The notes under the pieces are model-generated. The model had not been told where the DNA came from and made no database searches. It saw only the letters and a list, made by a program, of their open reading frames with translations. From positions 56,713 through 120,712 of the forward strand of contig CAJTJA010000001.1 of assembly GCA_910576845.1 (NCBI GenBank): a stretch of DNA of 64,000 bases. Direction: 5' to 3'. Positions within the stretch are counted from its first letter, which is position 1. Every line of letters starts with the position of its first letter. Source of the DNA: an uncultured Oscillibacter sp. (GTDB taxonomy: Bacteria; Bacillota; Clostridia; Oscillospirales; Oscillospiraceae). Made by a program: the position numbers and the translations under genes. Of this stretch, positions 46,780 through 57,208 are shown in pieces.

Positions 46780-47040
46780 TTACATGTTGTCCTTGCAGAA
46801 CTGTTCCATAGCGGCGGCGCTGGCCTCTTCATTGCCGCCCTCAATGGTGAAGGTAATGGTCTCGCCGGTTTTGACGCCCAGGCCCATAACGGCCATCAGT
46901 TTTGTGGCCGCAGCGGCTTTGCCGCCGGCCTTTGTAATGGTGACGGTGCTGTCCAGCGCCTTGGCGGCCTTCGCCAGAAGTCCCGCGGGGCGGGCGTGGA
47001 TACCGACAGGATCGGTGATGGTGTAAGTGAACTGTTTCAT
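46780..47040 (-). CDS. ptsH: HPr phosphocarrier protein
   Basis: GIHARPA (His15); start MKQFTY after AAAGGAAG. Confidence 0.92.
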   Translation of the reverse strand: MKQFTYTITDPVGIHARPAGLLAKAAKALDSTVTITKAGGKAAAATKLMAVMGLGVKTGETITFTIEGGNEEASAAAMEQFCKDNM

Positions 47041-47272
47041 GAGACTACTTCCTTTCTGATTATGATGATAAATCCACGGAGGCCTCTCCGTTTCCAAAAC
47101 GGCGGAACATTCAGCGGCGCAGTTCTCCCCTTCGTTCGCCACAGGCTCTCCTGTCTCCTCAGAGACCTGCGCCGGCAAAGGCTTTCTCCTCTGCCGAAAG
47201 CCGTCCCGCCGGTTTTGACGCCAGCATACGTTCAAAAAATCAGATAGCAGACAGCCGTTTCCACGCCGGTTC

Positions 47273-47435
47273 TAGGCCTTGTTTGAAAATTAGCAGAATG
47301 CTCAACAGCGAAAGATTTTTTGCCGATCAAGGCAAATTTTCGCAGGCAGGCGGCCGCCCGGCAAGAAAATATAACGCAGAGAGGCAGAAAAAGATCTGTC
47401 GTTTGGGCCTTTTGTCATTTTTCAAACAGGGCCTA
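47273..47435. mobile_element. 163 bp MITE-like element
   Basis: TAGGCCTTGTTTGAAAA ... TTTTCAAACAGGGCCTA; internal CAAGGCAAA..GCAGGC..CAA..TAACGCAG core as in 36733-36899 (reversed). Confidence 0.75.
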
Positions 47436-47687
47436 AGCACCCAGCCGGATGGTCTGATACCACGACTATAGAATACCATCTTTGAGAGCCGTTTGCAAAT
47501 AAAAACTCGGCCTTCTTTAAAAAAATGGCAAAATGTCCGCACAGCGGATATTTTTCACCGCACCGCAAGAAAAATTCCGGAAACCTGCCGGAATTCCCGC
47601 AAATTTTAGTCTGCCCGGCGGAAAGAGACCTTTCCGCCGGGCACTTTGTCCGCTTGTATAAGTGGGCACCAAAAACTTTTCTTTTTC

Positions 47688-49544
47688 TTAAAAGCGCTCT
47701 TTTTCTCCACTAGAGTCATCCCGCAGCAGCCAGGCAAAACCGTTAGGCCACAGCTCCACATCCCGAAGGCCGTCATAGCTGCTCCCATACATCAGTTCCC
47801 TATAGCTGCCGTCCCGCTTCATATCCACATGGACAAACCCGGAGCTGAAATTGAACAGGCAAATCAGCTCCCGCTCCCCCAGCTTCCGGCAAAATGCCAG
47901 CACATGAGAGCTGCCGCTGTCTTCCACCCATGTCTCTGCCCCGGCGTCGAAACAGGGTTCCCCCTCCCGGATGGCTTCCAGCCGACGCAGGCCTTGAAAC
48001 AGCTTTCCCTGGAGGGTTTCAGGGTTCTTGCGCAGCTCCGCCATATCCCACTGAAAATCACCCCGGTGAATGTACCGGCTGTCTTCCCGTTTCCCGGGGT
48101 CGCTGTGATAATCCCAGTCGTTGAACCGTCCTACCTCATCGCCGCTGTAGACGACAGGAATCCCACTCTGAGAGAGCATCCAGGCATGGAGGGTCAGGTC
48201 ACACGCAATCGCTCGTTCCAGCCGCAAGGCATCGCCCTCGCAGTCCGCCGCTTCCACGCCGCAGAGAGAAGCCGTCGTGCCGCAGAGACGGGCGTCTCCA
48301 AGACGGGGATCGTCGTTATAGAGTTCTCCCCGGCTGCCGCTGCCGGGCCATCTGCCGGTAAAGTAATCATTGAGGTATTTTTTATGGGCTACTTCGTCAA
48401 TTCCAAAATTTTGATTCAGCCAGGGGTAATCCAGCCCCCAGCCAATATCGTCATGACAGCGCAGGTAGTTTAAAAACAGAAAATCCTTGGGCAGAGCGCA
48501 GAGCGTTTCCATCTGCCGCTTCAAAAGGGATACATCTCCGGTAGCCAGAGTATGCCAGGTGGTCGCCATAGTGGTAACATTGTAAAGCATGTGGCACTCC
48601 GGCTTTTCCGGGGTTCCAAAATAGGGGGCAACCTTGACTGGTTCCATCACCACCTCCCCCAGCAGCAGCACACCCGGACACACGATCTCACAGACCATCC
48701 GCAGCATCCGGGAGAGAGTATGTACCTGGGGAAGATTCCGGCAGTATGTTCCCAGCTCCTTCCAAATATAAGGAATGGCGTCGAGACGGATCACATCCAC
48801 ACCCCGGTTCGTCAGATACAGGAGATTTTCCGTCATGTCGTTAAAAACCATCGGATTCCGGTAGTTCAGGTCCCATTGGTATGGATAAAAGTTCGTCATA
48901 ACCACCGTACCATCCGTGAGCTCCGTAAAGCTTCCCGGAGCGGTGGTAGGAAATACCTGGGGAACCGTCTTTTCAAATTCCCTGGGAACCTGCCAGCTGT
49001 CATAGAAAAAATACCGTTCCCGATAGCCGGGCTCTCCAGCGCGGGCACGCCGGGCCCACTCATGATCCTCACTGGTGTGATTCATCACGAAATCCAGGCA
49101 AACGCTGATCCCCTTTCTCCGGCATGCATCCGTCAGAGACTCCAGGTCCTCCATTGTGCCAAGGTCCGGCCGCACCTTCCGAAAATCGCTGACGGCATAA
49201 CCGCCGTCACTGCGTCCTTCGGGGCTTTCCAACAGGGGCATCAAGTGGAGATAGTTGACCCCACACTCCCTGATATAACCCAGCTTTTCTTTTACGCCCT
49301 CCAGGGTTCCGGCAAAGGCGTCCACATAAAGCATCATCCCCAGAAGGCTGCGGCGGCGGTACCAGCCCGGGTCCGCCTCCCGTCTGGCATCCTGATCCCG
49401 AAGAGGCTTTTTCCGCCCTTTCCAGGCATCCTTCAGCATATCAAGGAAATAGCGGAAAGCCTCTTCATCCTGATAAAGCTCACAGTAAAGCCACTTCAGT
49501 TCGTCATAATGTCTGGCAAGGCGTTCATCAAATACGGATTTCAC
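47688..49544 (-). CDS. amylosucrase / GH13 sucrose-active enzyme
   Basis: YLHLMPL, SDGGYAVSD, DFVMNH, RLDAIPYIWK, YLRCHDDIGW, EDSRYIHR. Confidence 0.9.
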   Translation of the reverse strand: MKSVFDERLARHYDELKWLYCELYQDEEAFRYFLDMLKDAWKGRKKPLRDQDARREADPGWYRRRSLLGMMLYVDAFAGTLEGVKEKLGYIRECGVNYLHLMPLLESPEGRSDGGYAVSDFRKVRPDLGTMEDLESLTDACRRKGISVCLDFVMNHTSEDHEWARRARAGEPGYRERYFFYDSWQVPREFEKTVPQVFPTTAPGSFTELTDGTVVMTNFYPYQWDLNYRNPMVFNDMTENLLYLTNRGVDVIRLDAIPYIWKELGTYCRNLPQVHTLSRMLRMVCEIVCPGVLLLGEVVMEPVKVAPYFGTPEKPECHMLYNVTTMATTWHTLATGDVSLLKRQMETLCALPKDFLFLNYLRCHDDIGWGLDYPWLNQNFGIDEVAHKKYLNDYFTGRWPGSGSRGELYNDDPRLGDARLCGTTASLCGVEAADCEGDALRLERAIACDLTLHAWMLSQSGIPVVYSGDEVGRFNDWDYHSDPGKREDSRYIHRGDFQWDMAELRKNPETLQGKLFQGLRRLEAIREGEPCFDAGAETWVEDSGSSHVLAFCRKLGERELICLFNFSSGFVHVDMKRDGSYRELMYGSSYDGLRDVELWPNGFAWLLRDDSSGEKERF

Positions 49545-49565
49545 TTCTGAGCCCCTCCCCTCACC

Positions 49566-50522
49566 TTAAAACCGGGCAAAATTCTGCTTCAGATTTTCAA
49601 TGTCTTCCAGAGACGGCATAGCGGGAATGGCTCCGCTCCGGGAACACGTCACCGCAGCAGCCTGGTTGGCAAACGCCACAATATCCTTCAGCTCCGACCG
49701 TGTCAAACCCTCCAGCGGCCTTTCGCCGCGGAGGCAGAGACGGCTGAGAACCGCGCCCAGGAAGGTGTCTCCCGCGCCGTTGGTATCGGCCACCTTAACA
49801 GGGATGCCGGGCTGGCGCCAGGTTTCTCCCTGCCAGCGGCAAAACGCCCCCTTCCCGCCCAGAGTAATCATAACAAGAGAAACTCCCCGTTCCTCTAAAA
49901 TCCGGCTGCCCTCCTCCAAGTCAGATACACCTGTCAGCAAAGGAAGTTCCTCCTCCGAGAGCTTGATAATATCCACCAGCGGCAGCGGAATGGTCATCCA
50001 CTCCGACGCCTCGGCCTGACTGGCCCACAAGGCAGGGCGATAATTGGGATCGTAGCTCACAAGCCCCCCATGACGGTGCGCTGTGCGGGCAGCGAAAATC
50101 GTGGCATTCCGGGAGAGGCCCGCCGTCAAGCTGACGGAGCCGAAGTGCAGGATTTTGCTCTTCAGCACCTCGTCCTCATCCACCCCCTCAGGCGGAAGAT
50201 CCCGGTCCGCTCCCCGTACAAAACGGAAACTCCGTTCTCCGGTTTCATCTATGGAAACGATAGCCATGCTTGTGTGTGTCTCCCCTGTGCGGACGCCCCG
50301 GCTGTCCACATGGTTATTCTCCAGCACTTGGCGAAGATATACGCCAAATCCGTCATTCCCCACCTTGCCCAAAAAGGCGGTTCTAGCTCCCAGTCGGGAG
50401 GCTGCCACCGCCACATTGGCAGGAGCCCCGCCCGGATTGGCAGAAAACTGCGGCACTCCCGCCTCATTAATCCCAGTTTGAGTCAGATCAATCAAAATCT
50501 CACCAATTGCTGTCACATCCAT
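49566..50522 (-). CDS. PfkB family carbohydrate kinase (fructokinase-like)
   Basis: GGAPANVA, YDPNYR, KLSEEE, DTNGAGDTF. Confidence 0.92.
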   Translation of the reverse strand: MDVTAIGEILIDLTQTGINEAGVPQFSANPGGAPANVAVAASRLGARTAFLGKVGNDGFGVYLRQVLENNHVDSRGVRTGETHTSMAIVSIDETGERSFRFVRGADRDLPPEGVDEDEVLKSKILHFGSVSLTAGLSRNATIFAARTAHRHGGLVSYDPNYRPALWASQAEASEWMTIPLPLVDIIKLSEEELPLLTGVSDLEEGSRILEERGVSLVMITLGGKGAFCRWQGETWRQPGIPVKVADTNGAGDTFLGAVLSRLCLRGERPLEGLTRSELKDIVAFANQAAAVTCSRSGAIPAMPSLEDIENLKQNFARF

Positions 50523-51142
50523 TATACCGGCCTCCTGTCAAACGCAGTCTATGAAGCAGAATTGTCTAATGTCCTTTTTTTGCCAATTATCTGCTCCGTA
50601 ATCGTTTTTCCCGGATTATATCAAACCATTTTCTCCTTGTCCAGTACTTTGTGAGAGCTAACTCCTAAATTTTCCGCCTCTTCTGCAAGCAAGAAAGAGC
50701 GGCTCTTCTAAACCATAAAAAAGATATCCTGCGCCTCCAAAAGTCAGGCGCAGTGCAGTTCAGAAAGTCCTGGTCACAGTCACTGCCCAGTTCCTCCAGC
50801 AGATACGCTTTCTCAGCGGAAATTTTATCCTGCTGCACAAAGCTTGCCAGCGCCGTGCTCCGGACGGACTCCAGAAAGCAGATGCGGGAATAACCGTCTT
50901 TGCCTACGGCAGTGCCGGGATTGGTGCAGGTAACGCCCGTGGCGGCCAAGCCGCCGGGGACCGGCTGCCGGCGGCAGACTCGAGCGCACTGGTTCGGGCA
51001 ACCCTGTTCCCACCGCCGGAGCTGCTGCCGTCCCCCATCCGCGGACAATCGCCGTCCCTCACGCGCGGACAATCCTCTCTGCGGCTTTACTGAACCGGAT
51101 GTTATCACACCGAAAATTTCAAACATTCTCCCGCAGTTCTTA

Positions 51143-51170
51143 TTGCAATATCAGAGAACTATGCTATAAT
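51143..51170 (+). promoter_or_regulatory. sigma-A promoter of the MCP gene
   Basis: TTGCAA-16-TATAAT with TG extended -10. Confidence 0.65.
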
Positions 51171-51320
51171 AAGATTGTTGTTTTATCCTGTGCTTGGCTT
51201 TTTCGTATATCCTCTCTCATGGAACGGCGGCTCCCATGCCCTTCCAGAGGCGCGGGAACCGATGCGGAGCGCAGGCAACCCTGACAAACCAAGCAAAAAC
51301 AAAAAGGGAGGATACAATTT

Positions 51321-52997
51321 ATGCAAAAAAGCATCAAAAGAACAGTATGGATTCGCACGGTTGCGGCCCTTTCCTCCATCCTGCTGTTCAGTTTCGTAAC
51401 GACCGCGAATATCCTGCGCATCCAGGCCATCCAGAACGCCAACACCCAGGCCGCCGCCCTGCTCCAGCGGGCTCAGGCGGCGGAGACCGCCCACTACAGA
51501 TGGGCCAGCAATCTCAGCAACGCCCTTTATGCCGGAGCGGAATTCACCGGCAGCATTGATCCCACCACCTGCGCACTGGGTCAGTGGCTCTATGGCGACC
51601 CGGAGACCGATGATGCGGAAGTTCTCGCACTGCGCAGCCAGATGGAACCCCTGCATAAGGAAATCCACCAGTCCGCCACTCACGTTCTGAACCTGCTGAA
51701 AACCACTCCTGCCCAGGCGCAGGACTATTATCAAGAAACGATTCTGACCAATATCAGTACTCTGGTAGGACACTTGGATAAAGTGGTGGAAAATCAAACC
51801 AACGCCAACAATGTCGGTTTGGACCGCATGCACTCTATGATTCTGCAAATGCAGCTTGTGTGCTTTATCTGCCTGGTGCTGGCGCTGTTTTGCCTGATTA
51901 GCCTGGTCACTTATGTCGGCAAACATGTAGTGAAGCCCATCCTCGCCATTACCAACCGCGCCCGTCCTCTTCAGGAGGGCCGTTTGGATTTGAAGATGGA
52001 TTATCACTCCGAAAACGAGTTGGGTGAGCTGGCCAAAACACTGGAGAAATCCATGGCTCTCATTCACAGCTATGTGGAGGACATCAACCGCATCATGGGA
52101 CAGCTCTCTCAGGGCAACTTTGATGTGTCCACCGCAACCCCGTACATCGGCGATTTTCAATCTATGGAGGCATCTCTCGAAAGCTTTACCGCCACTCTCT
52201 CTGACACTCTGGGCTCTATCATTCAAACCCAGGGCCGTGTCTCCAGCAATGCCAGTCAGCTCTCCAGCAGCTCTCAGTCCCTGGCCCAGGGCGCTACGGA
52301 ACAAGCCAGCGCCGTTCAGGAGCTCTATGCCACATTAGATGATCTTTCCAAGGGTGCGGAGCAGAATGTCCAGTCCGCTTCCATTGCGCAGGAAAATGCC
52401 CGCCTCACCGGCGAACAGGTAACGCTCAGCAGCCAGCAGATGGAACAGATGGTGGCCGCCATGACCGACATCACCAATTCCTCCCAGCAGATTGGCCGCA
52501 TCATCGCTACGATTGAGGATATCGCTTTCCAAACCAACATTTTGGCGCTTAACGCCGCTGTGGAAGCCGCCCGGGCCGGCAGCGCCGGCAAGGGTTTTGC
52601 CGTGGTCGCCGATGAGGTTCGCAGCCTTGCCACGCGATCTGACGAAGCCGCCAAGGCCACTAAGGATCTGATTGACAACTCCGTCAAGGCCACGGAACAG
52701 GGCAGCCATATCGTGGGCCAGGTTTCCGATTCTCTGAAAAAGACGCTGGAATTGGTGATGCAGTCCAACAGCACCATCGGCACCATTGCCGAGGCGGTAC
52801 AAGGCGAGGCAGCATCTATCGCCCAGGTTACCGAGGGCATTGGCCAGATTTCCGCCGTAGTTCAAACCAACTCCGCCAGCAGCGAGGAATCCGCCGCCGT
52901 CAGCTCGGAACTCTTCGAGGAAGTTCACAAGCTGGAGGATGAAACCCGGAAGTTCAAGCTGAAAAAGAGCGGCGCGGGCCGTTCTTACGCGGGCTGA
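51321..52997 (+). CDS. methyl-accepting chemotaxis protein with CZB domain and HAMP
   Basis: TM1; H..W, C.LG.W, H..IH (CZB ligands); TM2; [24 protein letters not shown]. Confidence 0.93.
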   Translation: MQKSIKRTVWIRTVAALSSILLFSFVTTANILRIQAIQNANTQAAALLQRAQAAETAHYRWASNLSNALYAGAEFTGSIDPTTCALGQWLYGDPETDDAEVLALRSQMEPLHKEIHQSATHVLNLLKTTPAQAQDYYQETILTNISTLVGHLDKVVENQTNANNVGLDRMHSMILQMQLVCFICLVLALFCLISLVTYVGKHVVKPILAITNRARPLQEGRLDLKMDYHSENELGELAKTLEKSMALIHSYVEDINRIMGQLSQGNFDVSTATPYIGDFQSMEASLESFTATLSDTLGSIIQTQGRVSSNASQLSSSSQSLAQGATEQASAVQELYATLDDLSKGAEQNVQSASIAQENARLTGEQVTLSSQQMEQMVAAMTDITNSSQQIGRIIATIEDIAFQTNILALNAAVEAARAGSAGKGFAVVADEVRSLATRSDEAAKATKDLIDNSVKATEQGSHIVGQVSDSLKKTLELVMQSNSTIGTIAEAVQGEAASIAQVTEGIGQISAVVQTNSASSEESAAVSSELFEEVHKLEDETRKFKLKKSGAGRSYAG

Positions 52998-53011
52998 TCC
53001 CAGCAATGACA

Positions 53012-53050
53012 AGGCCGCCTGGAAAAGATTATCCAGGCGGTCCTTCTTTT
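53012..53050. terminator. bidirectional terminator
   Basis: ggccgcctgga-loop-tccaggcggtcc + T-run. Confidence 0.65.
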
Positions 53051-53233
53051 TTATTCCATCAGCCCGGCCCGGCGCATCTGCGCTGTCTTTGACTGTAAGC
53101 GCGCAAAGGATGTTATGCTTTCATCTCTCTCCAAAAACGCCTTTACCTCGGGAGACAGCGTTTGAAAAAATTCATAGGCCGAGGGGTCCTGATCCAGCAT
53201 ATCCTCCAGGCTGAGGTATTCCGTGCCATACAT
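53051..53233 (-). CDS. small hypothetical protein (60 aa)
   Basis: GGAGGTG RBS; MYGTEYLSLEDMLDQDPSAYEFF..L. Confidence 0.65.
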   Translation of the reverse strand: MYGTEYLSLEDMLDQDPSAYEFFQTLSPEVKAFLERDESITSFARLQSKTAQMRRAGLME

Positions 53234-53295
53234 TCTGCTCACCTCCGCCCATAAGTTTCCCCATTTTTTATAAAAGGACGAAGGAATAATCTTCC

Positions 53296-53742
53296 ATGGA
53301 AATTCAAACAGTTTTAGAGAATAAGCGGGCCTTTCTCCCCCTGCTTCTCTTAGGGGATGAGCAGGAAGACATGATTAACCGCTATTTAGACCGGGGCACG
53401 CTCTATATCCTCCGCGACAGCGGCTCACTCCGCACGGTCTGCGTCGTAACGGAAGAGGAAGCCGGTACTTTTGAAATCAAAAACCTCGCCACTGCTCCCG
53501 AAAGCCAGCGTCAAGGGTACGGGCAGGCTATGGTCAGGCACATTATTCAGCAGTACCGGAACCAGGGAAACCGTCTCTTGGCCGGCACCGGAGACAGTCC
53601 CCTGACCATGCCTTTTTACAAGGCCTGCGGCTTTCAGGAAAGTCATCGGGTGAAAAATTTTTTCATTGACAACTATGACCACCCGATCTATGAGGCGGGA
53701 CAGCAGCTGATTGATATGGTGTATTTCTCCATGGCGCTATAA
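53296..53742 (+). CDS. GNAT family N-acetyltransferase
   Basis: LLLLGDEQE.MI.RYL, EIKNLA...QRQGYG, GTGDS..FY..CGF. Confidence 0.9.
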   Translation: MEIQTVLENKRAFLPLLLLGDEQEDMINRYLDRGTLYILRDSGSLRTVCVVTEEEAGTFEIKNLATAPESQRQGYGQAMVRHIIQQYRNQGNRLLAGTGDSPLTMPFYKACGFQESHRVKNFFIDNYDHPIYEAGQQLIDMVYFSMAL

Positions 53743-54156
53743 CGGTCAGCGTTCCGCAATATATGAAATCATCTGCCGTGTGGTCATCTGCCGCTGGAAC
53801 TTTCCTTCCGTATTGTTTATAAAATTCTTTTCCCGTGAGATGTTCCCGCCAACAAACGGTATTCTTATCCAGACTGCCGTCATAAACCCATCCAACTTGA
53901 ATTTCCCCCGCTTGCACGAGATGCCCCGCTGCAATCGAAGCAAACGCGAACGTCTCTCTTGAGTAAGAAAGCCTTTCTTCTGCTGCCTTTATAACGGCGC
54001 CCCGTCTGCCCGGATATTTTTGGGCAGAACGGGGCGCTGTTTAAAAGTTGACCTTTTTCGAACACCCCTTAGCCCTTAAGGGGCCACAAATCCTCAGGGC
54101 ATCTTTTTTCAGACGGAAAGCGGTGGCCGGACAGCCGCCGCCTCTTTCGGTTTTGT

Positions 54157-55782
54157 CTACGCTGCCGGGACAGACTTCAGCTCCAGGGGAGGCGCTTCCG
54201 GCGGCTCCTCCTCCGGCTCCCGGGGGATCAACAGAGCCCAAATCTCATCCCCCTCCCAGCGGAGCACCGGGGCATTTGGCTCGTTCATCCCTACGGGCAT
54301 CCGTTCGCCGTCCTTTAAATAATACCAGTAAATCTCTCCGCCCTCTGGGGTCTGAAAGTCATAGGAAAACTCGTAGCGGCAGCCATCCGCCCCGGTGACG
54401 GCCCAATGCTCCGGCGTGCCCTCCGGCACGGCCCCTACCCGCTCCAGGACGGTATACAGCCCGCCGAAGCTGACGCGGTTCCGCTCCAGCCGGACATCCT
54501 GGAAGTCTTTCCGGCTCATCCATTCCCCGGTTTCCCAGTCCATAGGGACAAAGCCGTCCCACTCCCAGGTTTCTCGGGCGTAGGTCCGGACCTCCTCCTC
54601 CGAAAAATCAGGGCTTGGGAGGTTGTAGAAGGCATAGTAGCTCTTGAGGATGTTCCCGCAGCGTTCTTCCAGACCCGCGTCCTCGTCGCCGAAGATGGTG
54701 CTGTCCCAATTCAGCGCCTCTGCCGGCAGGCGGAGCCCCGTCAAGGTCCCATAGGCGTTGGGCGGCGTGCCGGCGTGGGGCTGGAGGGCATACCAGCCGG
54801 TGTAATCCTCCAGCTGGTCCACCGCCCGGCGGACATCCTCCATGGAGGTAAATTCCATCTCAAAGCGGTACGTCCCCGTCTCCCAGATATCCAGGGAGCC
54901 CCTGCCCTCCAGGTACTTCTCCAGGTAGTAGTCCCGGGCGGCGCTCCCGGCAGTGTCGGACAGGCTGTAGCCCCAGACGGGCACCGGCCCGCCGTTCCAA
55001 TAGTAGCTGCCGATGGTGAAGGGCATCTCTGGCAGATCCTCGAAATGGCAGTCCCAAACCCGGTTTTTCGTCTCCCGGCCATCCTCATATTCGGGGGTTC
55101 TGTAGTCCCGGGAGATCACCACCTCCTCGCCGGGGAACTCCTCCCGGACGTAAGCCAGCACCTCCCGGCGGCTGTGGGGATAGCCATGGTCGGTGCAGGA
55201 GGAGAAAAGCAGGACGAAGCCCGCCGCCACCACCAGGGAGATCAGCACCAGCTTCACCAGCAACAGCCCCCCTGCCGCCGCCAGGCAGATCAGCAGGCCC
55301 TTAAGGATGTCCCGGCCCTTCGTGGACTTCACCGGCGGGGAAACGGCGGTCCCGGCGGGGGAGGAAGGCTCCGGAGCACCCGGACTGTCTCCCGGCTCCC
55401 CAAAGTTCTCCGGGCTGCTGGCGGCTTCCGGCTCTTCGGCTCTCCAGGCAGGTTCCCCGGAGGGGGCGGATTGAGGAGAGGCGTTTCGCTTCCTCAGCAG
55501 AACCCGCACGCCGTGAACTGTTCCGCCGCACAGCGCGATCAAAATGGCCGCCCCCGGCGCGGCAATAGCAAGCCCTGCTGCCAGGCAGATTCCCAGGCCC
55601 TTGAAGAACTTGTTCAGTCCGGGGGGAAGCGTAACCCTCCGCTTTAAGGCCCGCACGCCCAGATAAATCCCATAGCCCATCGCCAGCGTCAAGGCCAGTC
55701 CCGGCACAAGCAGCAGGCCTGCGAACGCCGCGCACAAAAGCATTCCCCAGAGAATATTTCGGCCCCAATTCCCGTTCATCAT
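54157..55782 (-). CDS. hypothetical membrane protein with a triplicated TM module and a large C-terminal extracellular domain
   Basis: long ORF with GC3 bias; GRNILWGMLLC / KFFKGLGICLAAG / GRDILKGLLICLAAAG repeats. Confidence 0.75.
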   Translation of the reverse strand: MMNGNWGRNILWGMLLCAAFAGLLLVPGLALTLAMGYGIYLGVRALKRRVTLPPGLNKFFKGLGICLAAGLAIAAPGAAILIALCGGTVHGVRVLLRKRNASPQSAPSGEPAWRAEEPEAASSPENFGEPGDSPGAPEPSSPAGTAVSPPVKSTKGRDILKGLLICLAAAGGLLLVKLVLISLVVAAGFVLLFSSCTDHGYPHSRREVLAYVREEFPGEEVVISRDYRTPEYEDGRETKNRVWDCHFEDLPEMPFTIGSYYWNGGPVPVWGYSLSDTAGSAARDYYLEKYLEGRGSLDIWETGTYRFEMEFTSMEDVRRAVDQLEDYTGWYALQPHAGTPPNAYGTLTGLRLPAEALNWDSTIFGDEDAGLEERCGNILKSYYAFYNLPSPDFSEEEVRTYARETWEWDGFVPMDWETGEWMSRKDFQDVRLERNRVSFGGLYTVLERVGAVPEGTPEHWAVTGADGCRYEFSYDFQTPEGGEIYWYYLKDGERMPVGMNEPNAPVLRWEGDEIWALLIPREPEEEPPEAPPLELKSVPAA

Positions 55783-55795
55783 CGTCCCCCCTTTA

Positions 55796-55828
55796 AAAAA
55801 GGCGCGCCCTGAAATAGGGCGCGCCTTT
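55796..55828 (-). terminator. metK terminator
   Basis: aaaggcgcgccct-gaaat-agggcgcgccttt. Confidence 0.8.
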
Positions 55829-55843
55829 CGGATTTGTATGGTT

Positions 55844-57031
55844 TTACTCCTTTACAGCGGCCTTCAGAGCGTCCACCCGGTCGGTTTTCTCCCAGGCCAC
55901 GCCCAGATCCTCCCGGCCCATGTGGCCGTATGCGGCCAGCTTGCGGTAAATGGGCTTGCGCAGGTCCAGGTCCCGGATGATGGCGGTGGGGCGGAGGTCG
56001 AAGACTTTGCTCACAGCCTCCTCCAGCTTGGCGTCGCTGACGGTTCCGGTACCGAAGGTCTCCACCATAATGCTGACAGGCTTGGCAACGCCGATGGCAT
56101 AGGCCAGCTCGATCTGGCAGCGCCGGGCCAAGCCCGCCGCCACGATGTTCTTGGCAACCCAGCGGGCAGCGTAGGCGGCGGAGCGGTCCACTTTAGTGGG
56201 GTCCTTGCCGGAGAAGCAGCCTCCTCCGTGGGGGGCACTTCCGCCGTATGTATCCACAATAATCTTCCGGCCAGTCAGCCCCGCGTCGGCGGCAGGACCG
56301 CCCTTGACAAAGCGGCCAGTGGGATTCACATAATATTTGGTGTTCTCGTCCAGCATGTCGGCAGGGAGGACCTCCTTCGCCACCAGATTGATCATATCCC
56401 GGCGGATCTGGTCCAAGGTGACGTCGGGGTTGTGCTGGGTGGAGATAACCACAGTGTCGATACGGACAGGGTTGTTATTCTCGTCATATTCCACGGTGAC
56501 CTGACTCTTCCCGTCAGGGCGCATGTAGGAGACCAGGCCGCTCTTGCGGACCTTTGTCATCTGGAGGCAGAGCTTTTGGGCCAGAGACAACGGCAGGGGC
56601 ATCAGCTCCGGCGTCTCATCGCAGGCGTAGCCGAACATCATACCCTGATCGCCCGCGCCGTGGTTCAGCTCGGCTTCCTCGTTGTTTTTGTTTTCCAGAG
56701 ATTTGTCCACGCCCAGGGCGATGTCGGCGGACTGCTCATCAATGGAGGTAATCACGCCGCAGGTATCACAGTCAAAGCCGTATTTTCCCCGGTCATAGCC
56801 GATCTCCCGGACAACCTCCCGGGCAATCTTGTCAATGTCCACATAGCAGCTTGTGGTAATCTCACCCATAACGTGGATCAGACCGGTGCAGGCTGTGGTC
56901 TCGCAGGCGACCCGGCCCTGGGGGTCTTGGGCCATGATGGCATCCAGCACCGCGTCAGATATTTGATCGCAGATTTTGTCAGGATGTCCCTCGGTCACAG
57001 ATTCAGAGGTGAAAAGATAATATCTGGCCAT
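55844..57031 (-). CDS. metK: S-adenosylmethionine synthetase
   Basis: [33 protein letters not shown]; start MARYY after AAGGAG. Confidence 0.98.
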   Translation of the reverse strand: MARYYLFTSESVTEGHPDKICDQISDAVLDAIMAQDPQGRVACETTACTGLIHVMGEITTSCYVDIDKIAREVVREIGYDRGKYGFDCDTCGVITSIDEQSADIALGVDKSLENKNNEEAELNHGAGDQGMMFGYACDETPELMPLPLSLAQKLCLQMTKVRKSGLVSYMRPDGKSQVTVEYDENNNPVRIDTVVISTQHNPDVTLDQIRRDMINLVAKEVLPADMLDENTKYYVNPTGRFVKGGPAADAGLTGRKIIVDTYGGSAPHGGGCFSGKDPTKVDRSAAYAARWVAKNIVAAGLARRCQIELAYAIGVAKPVSIMVETFGTGTVSDAKLEEAVSKVFDLRPTAIIRDLDLRKPIYRKLAAYGHMGREDLGVAWEKTDRVDALKAAVKE

Positions 57032-57159
57032 AACATACTCCTTTTTGCTTTTCATGCTCTGCCTGGCAGGCAGTCTTCCGCCCTTTGCCAAGCAGCGGCT
57101 AAGGAAGCCGCGCGCTTTCTCTCCCCGCGCGCCAGGGTGATTTTGCCAGTTGAACAGCA

Positions 57160-57195
57160 AAGAGAAACCGCGTGTTTCGGCAGTGAAACACGCGG
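57160..57195 (-). terminator. SAM riboswitch-controlled terminator
   Basis: minus strand ccgcgtgtttc-loop-gaaacacgcgg-tttctcttt. Confidence 0.75.
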
Positions 57196-57208
57196 GAAGT
57201 AATCCTCG

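Noticed and set aside
50665..51126. 153-aa minus-strand ORF with a protein-like middle (GVTCTNPGTAVGKDGYSRI..)
   Set aside because: May be a gene remnant, but I cannot assign a family and it lacks a credible start; needs blastx
53746..53943. Short overlapping minus-strand ORFs after the GNAT gene
   Set aside because: Possible decayed fragment with no supportable identity
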